A stretch of DNA of 63,828 bases, filler included, from Craspedostauros australis (Eukaryota), in the NCBI GenBank assembly GCA_030167865.1. It is 12 parts of 12 records of this genome, joined end to end, with 100 filler letters (N's around TTAATTAATTAA, not from the genome) between each part and the next. Parts side by side here need not be neighbours in the genome. Positions count along the whole stretch, not along the records: positions 1 to 1,337 come from JALAGF010001248.1; positions 1,438 to 3,656 come from JALAGF010001250.1; positions 3,757 to 32,297 come from JALAGF010001252.1; 9 more parts are not named here. One strand, 5' to 3'. Position 1 is the stretch's first letter, and the number at the start of each line of letters is the position of its first letter. A program made the translations under genes and the position numbers. The notes beneath the pieces were generated by a model. That model made no database searches and was not told the origin of the DNA. It saw only the letters and a list, made by a program, of their open reading frames with translations. Below are positions 1 through 11,984 of this stretch, piece after piece.

Positions 1-294
1 CAAGTTGGATACACATGTTGAGACTACGGCAATAATGCAGTAGCCGTCAGCGTGAAGGGAATCGAGGTATGTTGTAGTAAAAGGGTCTGAGGAGCATATA
101 GTTCCCAAGGTGAGGTGTGAGTCAGGTCGGTCATGTTTGAGTCATGATGGATTCGTGAATGGAGGAGAGAAAGGAGGAGAAAAGATTTGGTGGTCGATCA
201 AGTCGGAGGATTTCGCGCCAAAACGAGAATTTCTCCCATCTGGTTGATACCGTGTCCGGTGGTAGTCTGTCCCTCATTGAATCTCAACTTTCGT

Positions 295-1337
295 AGAGAA
301 AAGGTTCACCACCATCTTGGGTGTGTACTTCACATTATCGAGCCAGATAATGTGGCCAGTGTTGTTGCGTTGCTTGACCTTCAAGCGGATGGATCCGATC
401 TTGGGAGAGTCCAGCTTCGTGCTGTCTCCCACTTGGACGAAGGACTTGATGTGCCGCACGTTGAAGAGGCCAGCGTCTGAGTTCATGATGTGACACGAGG
501 CTCCACTGTCGGCAAGCCAGGTATTCTTGTTGACCTTGTCCTTGTATTTGGTGCTCAGCTTGTGAAGCTGTTCCATGGCAGCCGCTGCCATGTCGTCGTC
601 ATGATCTTCTTCGTTCCTGTCGTCCATCCTGTGGTAGTCCATGCCGTCGTAGTACGGTTCTCCGACTGCTGATGGAGCCTTGTCTTCTCGGTGAGTTCCT
701 GTCACCGAATCGTATGGCATGACTTGTGGTCGCTCGCGCAGGAGTACCTGCATACATCCTCCAAGGACGTAGTGTAGTTCCGTCTCTGGAATGGGCTCGT
801 CTTTCCTCCAACAGCCGGTTGAGGATCACTGTGTTGGCGAGAATCTCTTGGATTGATTGGAAATTGTTGGACAATATAGTGCCAATCATGCGCACCCATA
901 CATGTTGAAGCCCCCCTGTTGATCATCCCTGGGAAGAGATGCATGCCTGCTACCATCACAGCGTCGTGGATGAGCTGTCGTTGCATTGTCTCTGCTGTCA
1001 ATGTAGGATATGGGATCGTATCATGCCTGTGTATGGTGTCGAAGCCTCTGGCGTTCTGGACTGGTGGGAACGAGATGTCTGTTGGATAGATGACTCTCTT
1101 GTTTGGATTGAATCAGTCCACTTCTTGTTCTGATTCATCGCTGCTGTCTTCGTGGAAGATACCCATTCTATTGACCCTCGCCACTGGAGGAGGCGGCGCC
1201 TCACCGCCGTTTGTCTCGTCGCCAGAGACGTCTTCGTTGTCTTGATCCGCGCCGTTCTCGTTGGTGTCGGCATCGTCTGCGTTCGCGGCCGCTTCCAACT
1301 CGATGGCGATGGTCTCTGCTCCCATCTCAGCTGCGTC
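295..1337 (-). mobile_element. Degenerate Ty1/Copia gag-protease fragment
   Basis: Aspartic protease motif WLADSGASCHI followed by ...LDNVKYTPKMVVNLFS. Upstream frame broken by stops. Homology ends abruptly after NLFS at 295. Confidence 0.8.
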
Positions 1338-1437
1338 NNNNNNNNNNNNNNNNNNNNNNNNNNNNNNNNNNNNNNNNNNNNTTAATTAATTAANNNNNNN
1401 NNNNNNNNNNNNNNNNNNNNNNNNNNNNNNNNNNNNN
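1338..1437. other. Artificial contig linker (N44-TTAATTAATTAA-N44). Also at 3657-3756, 32298-32397, 36101-36200, 40728-40827, 43794-43893, 45525-45624, 47144-47243, 53717-53816, 55995-56094, 62331-62430
   Basis: The same 100-bp N-padded spacer, with stops in all six frames, occurs 11 times. Confidence 0.98.
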
Positions 1438-1607
1438 TTTCCATATGTTGGCACCGCAGTTACGACTGAGTCGAGTCTCGCATGGTTGGACTCGACTGAC
1501 TGGTCTCAGTCACGGACGTTACTGGAATTGATCCAGTACTGGCAACAGTAGATACATCACTGGACTCAATTGGAAGACGATGATATTCTAGCTAGTTATC
1601 AGTCTAG

Positions 1608-3656
1608 GTCAACAAGGCTCTGTACAACGGTTACCAACTTGGTAGCAATGGCATTCTGATGGACATCATCAACGGATCCGGAACGAAGATCGTATTCGAC
1701 CGAGTCTTCCCNACATCCAACGGATTCATCACGGGAGTGCAGATGCATCCCATCATGCCAACGAACGACGACAAGGCTTGCACAGCCATCATCAAGAATT
1801 CATCCAAGGAGATCAGTGCGGTGAACCTGCATCGAATGCTCGGCCACGCGCCACTCGAGACCATGAAGCGGACAGCCACTCAATACGGATGGAAGATCAT
1901 CAGCGAGATGCCGGTATGTCGCAACTGTGCGGTCGCGAATACGAGAGTGAAGAATATCCCGAAGGCGATGATCCCGAGAGCAACTCGCCGCGGCGAACGA
2001 CTCTTCATTGACATTAGTTACACTAAACACATAAGCTTTGGAGATAAACGGTACTGGACCCTGATCGTGGACGACTGCACAGATCACTGCTGGAGTTTCT
2101 TTCTCAAGAACAAAAGTGATTAACCAGGATACATCAAACGATTCGTCCAGACGATCAAGTCACAGACTGGTGATCAACAAATCATCTTCCGAGGTGACAA
2201 CAGCGGAGAGAACAAATCCACGCAGGATATTCTCATCGATGCAGGACTGAACGTGAAATTCGAGTACATAGCATCGAACACACCACAGCAGAACGGTAGA
2301 GTGGAATGCAAGTTCGCGTATCTCTACACCAAGATCCGTTCCATGCTAAATGGAGCACAGCTCGACGAAGAGTATAGGCATGGTCTGTGGGCAGCAGCTG
2401 CAAGCACTGCCACTGCCATCGCCAACATCACTGTAGCGAAGAATCAGAAAGAGTCACCACATCGCCAATTCTTTGGCAACGATCCACCATATGCGGATGC
2501 ACTCCGCACTTTCGGAGAGGTGGGTGTTGTGAAGACTACCTACGGCGGGATTACCGCCAAACTCAAGAATAGAGGAGAAGAGATGGTGTTCATCGGATAT
2601 GCACACCAACATGCATCAGGAGTGCACAACATGTACAGACCATCAACCAAGTCACTGGTCTGTTCTCACGACATCAAATGGCTCAATCAATCATACGGCC
2701 AGTTCCGTGGCTGGGAACCAGCGCTGAACACATCCAATGAAACAGGAACAACGGACGCAGACGGCTTCACAACCATTGGACGGAAGGGAGCAATGCCAAG
2801 GACGGCAACGCGTCAAACATCAGAAGCGAAGAGAGTATTTTTCGCTGACACGAACAAATATCACATCCTATCAGACAGCAATGATGAGGATGATGAGGAC
2901 GATGGAGTAGTAACTCAACTGGTCCATAACGACGAGGAAGATCGGAGTGAATCCAGCCCTGAGGATGACAAGATCACACCATCCAGCAACGAATCCGATG
3001 ATGACACAGGCGTCACTCCTCCGAACACACCAGCGAGGTCTACACATGACACACCATCGAGACCTCCACCGAGCAAGCCAAGCAAGCGTGACATAGCTAG
3101 AAAGGAGAGGATCCGACGTCATGAAGCACGAGGCAGGAAGGGAGAAGCTAATCCCAAGTCAACTACAGGGAAGAGTATTCCCAGAGCTCTGCGTGAGCTC
3201 GCAGACTTCAACGAACGAGGTTGAAAGGAAGAAGGCTATGAGAGCAAGTCATCATCCGATGAGGCGAGTGACGAACTCAGCGATGAAGTGATTGACGATT
3301 CCAACAACGAAACTACAGATGACGAAGAAATCGTGGATGAAGGAGAAATCGAGATCACTCACCATAGCACGACAGGACTATATGGGATGAACGCAATCAT
3401 CACCGACGCACCAGCGATCGACATCGGGCTGTCGATGCAGGACGAGAACAAGGAACCAGAGAAGCACATCGAACCAACGACATTCGATGGAGCCTTCAAT
3501 CATCCAGATCCCATCCATCGAAAGGGATATCGAGCAGCCATCAAGAAAGAGTTCGACTCCATGGACACACGAAAGGTGTACAGCAAGATCAAACGAGACG
3601 CCATCCCACGCGGCCGCAGATGCTGCAAATGCAAATGGGTCTTCAAGCTGAAGCGT
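1608..3656 (+). mobile_element. Degenerate Ty1/Copia pol: pre-integrase HHCC, integrase, start of RT
   Basis: VNKALYNGYQLG; LHRMLGH...CRNC; LFIDIS, IVDDCT, RGDNSGE, TPQQNGRVE; CKWVFKLKR. In-frame stops at about 2121 and 3222. IN-before-RT order marks it as Copia. Confidence 0.9.
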
Positions 3657-3756
3657 NNNNNNNNNNNNNNNNNNNNNNNNNNNNNNNNNNNNNNNNNNNN
3701 TTAATTAATTAANNNNNNNNNNNNNNNNNNNNNNNNNNNNNNNNNNNNNNNNNNNN

Positions 3757-5432
3757 ATGAGCACATGAAGAGCCTGCAGCTGAGTCAACAGGGAGCGCGG
3801 TTGTGCGGGGTATGCCCCACACGCTGGCTTACCTTCCACGCAGCGTCTCAGCTGCTCTCTACAAGGGCCTACTTTCGGAGAACCACCGATGAAGAGTTCA
3901 TGCGACAGAATCATGTGACGACGAATCCACAGACGGTGTTGTCGATGAATTTCCTGAGGCAAATCATCGTTCGGGCATTTGTGTGCCGTGACATCGTCAC
4001 ATGGATTCTGATGCCACTGCAAATGATCCGCATCACGAGGCGAGAAGGCATCTGTGAGTACTTGGCCTCCGCTCTGGTTGCATTCGCAATGGTGCATGTG
4101 GCACTTGGCGAATGTAATAACGCTCATCGATATGCCAAATTGGCAAAAAAGGTTCTACACGCCGTGGGAGGGTCCACAAAGATTGGTGGCTGGAATTATT
4201 ACTCGATCGCAATCTACATCGAATCGTATTCCAAATCATTTCCAGAGGTGTCACAGGATCTGCAATATGCCCACACATCGGCCATGGCAGTCGGGGACTT
4301 CGAGCTTGGTATACTGTGTCAAAACGGCAACCTGCTTTCCGCATTCTTTGAAGGGTATCCTTTGCCTGGCATCGTATCAGCATCCGACTCGTTACTGGAG
4401 CACATGGAGATGTACAAGATCGAGGCATGGCAGGGGACGGTCAGTGAACTTTCCAATACGTACAAGTGCATGAGAGGGGCCCTCGAATGGGAATGGGAGC
4501 AGCTGATGAACCTGGACAAGTGCGAACAGTATGATGCCTTTGCGAGAGGATGTGCTTATTGGGGTCGGCTTCACATCGCGGTGTACTTTGGGAAGTATGA
4601 AGATGCTGAGACGTTGCATCATCTCCTCCTAACCAGTGGTCCTCCTGACCCTGGCTACTCATCTACCACCTCATTTGCAATGCTTAGTGGGTTGATGGCT
4701 GCCAACAGGTATCGCCAAACGAGAAAGCGAAAGTACGTCAAGTTGCTCCATCAAAAGAAACGCGAGCTCAAGAACATATGTAACACGAAAGGCAAGCAAG
4801 CATCCCGTCGGTACCTGATTCTCCGCGCAGAATGGAAAGCGATCAAGATAGGTACCAAGCAACCAGGCCTTGTTGCATCATGCTACAACGAAGCCATCAA
4901 TAGTGCGGAAGATGGAAATCATCTTGATGAGGCAGGACTCGCTTGTGAAATGGCGGGGCGTTACTTCTTGGAGGTTCACGACAAGGATCCGAAACGCAGT
5001 GGCGACATTCTCAGCAATCGTCGCTTCACGCAAGCGCTGGGATTCTACGAAACCTGGGGCTCCATCCCAAAATGCAAGAGCTTCCGTGAGATGTATGCGA
5101 AATACATCGATGAAGACGAAGTGCAAGCGATCAAGAAGAAGAATGCTCTTCCAGTTCAAGCCAATCCTTCCGTTCTCTGGAATCAGTCTCAAAGTCAGGA
5201 CAACCAATCTAGCATCAACTACGATCTGATGTCGGAACATACCCCAGCCAACATGTTGACGAAGCCAGCTTCGGGCATCGTCTCAGGGGACAACGCGGAG
5301 AGGACATGTATGAGCGAAGGCGCGGGGACTGGGAGCAATGGCAACAGTAAGAGTTGCAATGGCAACAACACCCGATCAGGTGAAGATCGCGTGGTTGACG
5401 ATATCTTGTCTGTACTGACAGACATGTCATAG
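3757..5432 (+). CDS. C-terminal helical/TPR-like part of a diatom STAND/AAA-type protein (5' truncated by contig edge)
   Basis: Open 555-aa frame with YAHTSAMAVGDFE, LILRAE, YNEAI...GLACEMAG...YETWG, typical of the C-terminus of AAA_16/adenylate-cyclase-like STAND proteins. Confidence 0.65.
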
Positions 5433-6343
5433 ACAGACCACAAAAATGATCATCAGAACTTTTTGGACGAATCCTCCGCGGCTGATCACGATTTTGGTGT
5501 TGTAGTTACTAGTACGAGCAGGTACGCTCCCAAGCAAAGCCAGGTGCTGAGGAGAACGAGGCGATTCCACATTTCGAGTATTTGCGCAATGCTGTGACGA
5601 AACGAATGGACAAGCAAGTGCTCGAGCTCTCGAAAGAGCGGTGTTACCAAGGCGGCTTCGGAAGAAGTTTCCCCTTCTTTCAGCGAGAGCTTGATGGTTG
5701 AAATTGGCGGAAGAATACGTCGTACTGGTACTAATGCACTCATCGTGGAATGAGCGTTCGTACTGTGCAGTGGCCTCACGATCTCCGGAACTTGAAAACA
5801 GTGTGAAGAGACGCGTCCGTATCCGGCCAATCCTTCCAAGGACACCCCCAACCTCAACCATCTTGAGCAAAAGACTTGGAATCGTGGCGTGGCCGTCCAA
5901 GATGATGTACGAGCTAATGAGTATCATACCTGCGGATGCGTTCATTTGTTACAAAGCACGTGCCGGAGCTGTGCCAACTTCACGATCTGCAATATATACC
6001 ACGCCCTCTACACTACACTGATAGTTAGACTCATTTGTTCAGTTTGGTTCGTGTTGGTCCAATTGATAAGTTCGATCTGAGTCATTGCGCAGAAGAAAGT
6101 GGTCTCGGTGACGTCACAACGATCTTCGAACAAATCAAGCCAAAAAAGATCGACCATGGCAGAACCAACCGGAGCGACACCAATCAAGAAGACGCAGCGG
6201 ATCACAGCATGCCAATAGCAGGATAGTAGTCGTACGACTATTCTACTAAACAAATAACTCGTGATCTCTCACAATCACATGCAGTGCGACAGACATCACA
6301 CAATTGTATTGTATTATATTCTTTCAAAGACTACTACTCTCCA

Positions 6344-7579
6344 ATGAAAGGCATTCCAACTTCATCGGCGGCCCTGATCGCCGTTGCCGCAGTCGCATCC
6401 ATCTCCCCAATCGGCGTTTGCGGATGGATCCATTCCCCGCCGACCTCGTCGTTCCGCAGCAGCCTGCATTCGCGGTCGTCGGACAATGAGATCGACGTCG
6501 CCGGCATCAGCAGCGTTGTCGAAGCATGTGCCACATCACGTCGCCAATGGCTCGGCACGTTGGCAACGGCCGCCGCCGCCATCGCGTGCGCACCGGCGTC
6601 GGCCAACGCGGCTGCCACGCTCGTCAGCACAACAACCGTCTGCGATCCCACCGTCAGCGTGTGGAGCCGCGATGGACGCATCGTCTACCTGTTGGGCACG
6701 GCGCACGTTTCGGCCGCGTCGGCGCAGCTGGCAAGCAACTTGGTCAAGGACATTCATCCCAACGCCGTCTTTGTCGAGCTCGATGCCAAGCGCATCGGCA
6801 AATCCGGCATTCTGGCCAACCGCGTCAATACCGACGATGATTCCGGAGACGACACGGTCAAGAAATCCAGCATCGTCATTCCCAACCTCACCAAATTGGC
6901 GCAGCAGCCGGCGCTTGCTGCCGCTGGCGACGACGGCCTTGCGGCACCCGCGGAACAACCAGCCATCGTGACGGAACCCAAACAGCGCGGCCGCAATCCC
7001 CTCATGCGCGCCGCCACGATCGCCGTCGGAAACGGCATCAAGGGCATGTACAAGAAGCTCGATTCGGCCGGTCTCAACGCCGGCGAGGAGTTCGTGCTGA
7101 CGATGCAGGAGGCGCAGAACATCGGCGCAGATATTATTCTGGGCGACCGCGATGTCGAGGTCACGTTGCGCCGCGTCACGGAAGGTCTGGCGCAGACCGA
7201 TCTCGCGGCCTTGATGAGTCCTGATTCGGAGCTCGAGAAGAGCATGGCCGAATTGAACGCGTCGAACATGAACAGCAACGCGTTGGGCGATCCCAACGAT
7301 CCTGAGTATCGTTCCGAGTTCACGAGTTTTGTGGAAGTGCTCAAGACGAAGGAGAATGTGAAGAAGATCATGGGGCAGCTGCAGAAGTCGGCACCGGCGT
7401 TGTACGAGGCGTTGGTGTCGGAACGCGATATGTACATGGCAGCAGGTTTGAATGGATTGAATGATTACGATGCCATCGTCGCTGTCATGGGCATCGCGCA
7501 TGTGGATGGAGTGGAAACCAACTTGCAGCGGAATGGATGGAAGATGATGACACCCATGTGCAGTGTTCCGGTGGCCTAA
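6344..7579 (+). CDS. TraB/PrgY/GumN-family protein, predicted plastid (thylakoid lumen) targeted
   Basis: VYLLGTAHVS, VFVELD, ILGDRDVEVT, LVSERD.YM, VAVMGIAHVDG. Signal peptide ending VCG|W, Ser-rich transit peptide, then SRRQWL plus hydrophobic stretch plus ANA. Confidence 0.85.
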   Translation: MKGIPTSSAALIAVAAVASISPIGVCGWIHSPPTSSFRSSLHSRSSDNEIDVAGISSVVEACATSRRQWLGTLATAAAAIACAPASANAAATLVSTTTVCDPTVSVWSRDGRIVYLLGTAHVSAASAQLASNLVKDIHPNAVFVELDAKRIGKSGILANRVNTDDDSGDDTVKKSSIVIPNLTKLAQQPALAAAGDDGLAAPAEQPAIVTEPKQRGRNPLMRAATIAVGNGIKGMYKKLDSAGLNAGEEFVLTMQEAQNIGADIILGDRDVEVTLRRVTEGLAQTDLAALMSPDSELEKSMAELNASNMNSNALGDPNDPEYRSEFTSFVEVLKTKENVKKIMGQLQKSAPALYEALVSERDMYMAAGLNGLNDYDAIVAVMGIAHVDGVETNLQRNGWKMMTPMCSVPVA

Positions 7580-7815
7580 TGATGGGCAGAAGTAAAATGG
7601 TAGTTCAGGCTGCTCTACTCCACTCTATTCTACTCTAACGCACAACAGTGTCTTGCAATTCAACTATGATCTATTTGGGAGAAAGCAGCAGATTTCCCTG
7701 TGCTCACATCAACAGACGGAGTCACAGATCGGTTGAGACAATTGCGTATTTCATTCAGTCTGCCCGAATGGTGGCAACAGTCGAAAAAGCATGCCTGGAT
7801 GTCCCTTGGACCAGC

Positions 7816-9759
7816 TCAACCTCCTCCACCACCAACACCACCACCACTGCTCGCGGTCCGACCGTATTCATATTCCAACTCCTTCTTCAAAAGTTCCTCC
7901 AATTGCTCCCATTCCGCCTGAGTCGGATCCCTGCCTGACTCGGGATACGGATGTTTGGGTGGCGTCACGCCGACTGACAATGCGCAACTCTGCCTCCATT
8001 GATCGATCATAGCCATCACGGAATCCTTCACCACGTCTCGCTTGGGACACACATTGCGAGCGCGTGCCCGGACGGGACGGAATCGAAGTCCGATATTGAC
8101 CTCCTTCTCCATGTCGCCGTCCGTCATGTAGACGTACCCGTAGTTGATGCCCGCGGCGATGGCCAACGAACCGAAGTAATGCGGCGATAGGTATCCGACG
8201 GGAAAGATTTCGAGGATGCCGCCGTGCGGTGGCAGGAAGGGCAACGCGGTGAGCTGCGCGCCGTGCGGAGATATGACGATGTCGTACGAAGAATAGAACT
8301 CGATCTGTTCCGTCAAATCACGATCTTCAAAGTACATGATGGGGATGCCGTCCTGCCGTTGCTTGAGTTCTGGTATTTCTCTCATCAAATACTGCGACAG
8401 CGAGATGTCGTTGCGGAGATTGCGGCCGGGACCCGGTCTCCTGTTCAAGATCGCGATCTTTGGCATGGGTGCAGGGTGCGATTGTGATTCCTTGTTTGCG
8501 CCGAGCACATGCGATTGCGTGGTGGGACAACCAGCCGTCAGAGTTAGTCCATAGTGCTTTCGCACCGCATCGCCCAAAGCCTGTGCATCTCTTGGATCAT
8601 TCATGTTGAAGTCGACCCAATCCAGGCGTTTGACTTTCTTCGTGATCCACAGATTGCCGATACGCGGTCGCACCGTCTGGTAGTTGACTTCTGCGGCGCT
8701 TGTGACAAACCGTACATGGAATACTTCCTTGAGAATGTGAAGGAACCCGTCCGTGCCACTGAATTGATACTTGGGTTTGTCGGAGTTGGAGGTGTCCCAG
8801 CGTGCTGGATCCGGAGGCCACACGAGCACCCATTCTTTGTCAGGATATTGATTCCAGTACGAAAAGCAACGGTAGAGCTGCTGCAAGGCGTGCGGGTAGT
8901 GGTTCGTATGTCTCTTCCTGGGATTCTTGATGTACTCGCAGGCAGCAATCTTGGATGATGGATATTCGATGGACTGGAGCCTACTGTATTCGGCCTGCGT
9001 CACTTTCGTTCCGTTCGGTAGCAGCACCGCCGTTTCATTGACGATGACCCTCATCTGTCGGAACTGCGGCAGCGATATCTGTTGCAGAGGAAGCAACTCT
9101 TTGCTGCACAAGTCGTCATCGATATCCTCTCGATTTTGGAGCGGTATCTTTCCACCATCGTCCGTCGGGAAGAAGAGGTGCGAAGTGAGATTTGACGTGT
9201 ACTTGTCCGAATGACCATTCGTCGACCCTGGTGTGACAGATGCTTCGCCATGCTGATGCAATTGTTGTGCGCGTGATAATTCTGAAAAGTCCGACAATTC
9301 TGATGATGCTGACGATAATGCCGATGGGCTACCATCATCATGCTGCATCTCTCCCACCTGAACCGACTCGTCCATCCATTTCCCATGACTTTCTGACCCA
9401 TCATGTTCCCCCAATTGTCTCAGCATCTGTTGGAATGTTGTTTGGGATGTCGTTGGGATGTTGAGAGAGTGATCAAATGCTTGTTTTGGTTGATGTGAGC
9501 AAATGCGTGGATGAATTGTCTACAACAATGCAGGCGTACGGATCACCACAATTCAAACTCTGGAAGAAGAACACGATGCACTCACCCGCTGCATGGAACA
9601 CAGCCAAAGCACCCCACCGATGGCGAAGATCCATCCCCACGTTCTGATCAGCCATTGCCGCCGCCTTGGTCTCGCAGCACAGCAACAACAATAGCGGCAA
9701 CATGACACTTGCGATGTCTGATCCGTTCTATTCTTGTGTTGCACCCGACCACGTATCAT
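7816..9759 (-). CDS. Glycosyltransferase family 61-like (DUF563) type II membrane protein, 2 exons (about 9759-9586 and 9426-7816)
   Basis: KIAILNRR, EQIEFYSSYDIVISPHGAQLT, ILEIFP. Phase-0 GT-AG intron 9585-9427 (CGG|gtgagt...caacag|ATG) adds a TM helix WGWIFAIGGVLWL. Start codon uncertain (9759, 9807 or 9954). Confidence 0.8.
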
Positions 9760-10888
9760 GAGCGGAAATGTTGGTGGCCTTGATTGTGTTGAGTCGAAGC
9801 ATTGCATTGATGCCTGTCGGCGCTTGGGCGTCAGCAGCAACACGAGAGAGCAGGACGGTTGCCTGGCTGTTGGCTTGCTTTGTGTTGCGTTGGCTTGTTG
9901 GGAATGGGATAAGGTTCTTCTATTCCACACTTTTACATTTCGTCGTTGATGCAAAAGGTATCATTGGTTTGCAGACGACGTCCGGACGAAGTATATGATT
10001 CACGAATTTTGTTACGTATAGGCCATTTAGAACACTCTAGGCTCATGAGAAGGACAACTGTTGGGCGGTTGATTGAGTCCTGAACGGTGTCGCTCTGCTA
10101 TTGGGTACTCTAGTTCAATGTACTTGCGCGTATTTTACGCAGCGATCGTGAATTGTTTCGCCAGCGCAGCATCCATAGCCTTCCGGCACATGTCTCCCTG
10201 CACAGTTTCTCCATTTCGTGACTCACAAACACTTATGGATTGTTGCGTTTTGTCGTCCCATTGACATTGCTTATCGTGAGGTTTCAACCCGTTTTTGTGC
10301 GTGACGGAATGGTGGCTATAGTGTTGGGGTTCTTCGGAATTCAAACGCTAAGCGCTATGCGTTCCCGAAGAAGGAAATTACGACAACTGTCCCTGATTAC
10401 GTTTGGTCTCCGCAAGTGCCTCACAATTCGCAACTAATCCACACAAAAAGCCCTGCCAACTGCCTTCGTTGTGATGGGAGCAAGGCAATCACAGGGACGT
10501 CACCCCAAACATGAGTACTGCACACACGAGTACCCACCCATGGTGCTCATCGAGTTCGTCACAACCATACCCCGAAGGGAATGAGATCTCAACAGCGAGC
10601 TTGAAGAGGCTGTGCTTGTTTTGCCAATAGCCGATTTTATGCTACCTCTTGCTGGCGGTTTGCACAACTGAACACACATCACAAGAGTGAAAGAGTTGTG
10701 CACAGAGACGGTTGCAGAGCGCAATGCCTGTCGACTCTCCCTCCTCTCTCTGCGCTTGCCCAACGCACGAAGCACGATCATAAAAACGAAAACGTTGCAC
10801 CACAACACATCACCACAAAGCAATCACATGACACTCCAGAGTACAATCAATCACCAGTCAAGCATCAAGCATCACACAAACAACGACC

Positions 10889-11713
10889 ATGACGCCCTCC
10901 ATCCACAGCAGAAGCCTCCACTGCGAACACGGTGACGATGACAGCAGCCGGCGCAGCAGAAGCCTGCACAGCGCCTGTGGCGATGACCACAGCCACGCTC
11001 CCGTCTGCAGCAGCGAAGTCTACTGGGGCGAACTCAAAGCCTGCGCACCACCATCTTCGCCGTCTGCTTCCAAGCTCGATGGCAAGCGACACCGCCGCCG
11101 ATCGCGTCCTGAAACGTCCGCCTTGATGTCACCCAACCGACGTTCGTCCACATCAGCTTCGATCCGATCGTCGTTGTCCTCCATGCCGTCGCTGGCGAGC
11201 CTTTCGGGCGTCACATTCTCAAACGAAGTCGAGATCCTCGAGATCGACACGTTGGACGAGTACACCGACGACGAGATCTTCGACACCTACTTTCAACCAT
11301 TCGAATACGACCTCATGCGTACCGCAGCGCGCGAGGCCGCCGACGCCGACGATGCCTCGCCGAAAGCCAACTTGCGCGGTTTGGAACAATTGACGCAGAG
11401 CACGCAATTCCGTTCGCGCATCGAAGCCGCCGTGAACCTCGTCTTCGACATGCAGCTCGCGCAATGGGACGACGGCATCGAGTGCTGGGACGAGGCCAGT
11501 CAGATTGGTGCGCGGTATGCCGAGCTATGCCTGCCGAGTTGCGTCGACGCTTACCGACGTGCCAAGGCCGACGAGGCGGCCGTGTGCGTGCTGCGGCGAA
11601 GATCGTCACGGCAGAAACGACGCTCTCTTCAATCCACCGACAGCAGCGCGCTGTTGACGCCGCATCCGTTGGCGCAGTATCGCACCAGTCGGCGCACATC
11701 GAGGAATCGGTGA
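10889..11713 (+). CDS. Diatom-type hypothetical protein (V.F...V...RGLE family)
   Basis: 274-aa ORF with VTFSNEVEI...YTDDEI...LRGLE...VFDMQ..QW, a pattern recurrent in diatom lineage-specific proteins. Confidence 0.7.
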   Translation: MTPSIHSRSLHCEHGDDDSSRRSRSLHSACGDDHSHAPVCSSEVYWGELKACAPPSSPSASKLDGKRHRRRSRPETSALMSPNRRSSTSASIRSSLSSMPSLASLSGVTFSNEVEILEIDTLDEYTDDEIFDTYFQPFEYDLMRTAAREAADADDASPKANLRGLEQLTQSTQFRSRIEAAVNLVFDMQLAQWDDGIECWDEASQIGARYAELCLPSCVDAYRRAKADEAAVCVLRRRSSRQKRRSLQSTDSSALLTPHPLAQYRTSRRTSRNR

Positions 11714-11984
11714 TACAGGAGCGAGCGAAGGGTGTAAATCAATGTAATACAATAGATGTACCGTAGCATGTAAACAGAATACGTTCAATAGAGTAGTTGC
11801 CGTAGAGCCAAAGGCACAGGTCGTTATTGAAGAGTAACACTGGACACCCTCGATTCAAATTGTAGGCAAGCCGCGATCATCTACTCCTGTTCACGGGCGC
11901 TGTATTACTACTCCCGTTGAGCTCTCTGCGACTACATGCGTTAAACCAACTCAACTCAACTCAACTAATAAAGGACCTTGCCCC

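Noticed and set aside
1382..1393. Recurrent TTAATTAATTAA palindrome
   Set aside because: Artificial six-frame-stop linker inside N padding; not biological.
6536..7501. Long antisense ORFs (also 23060-23977, 56104-57393, 58069-58953, 12390-13139)
   Set aside because: Shadow frames of real genes caused by codon bias; no motifs.
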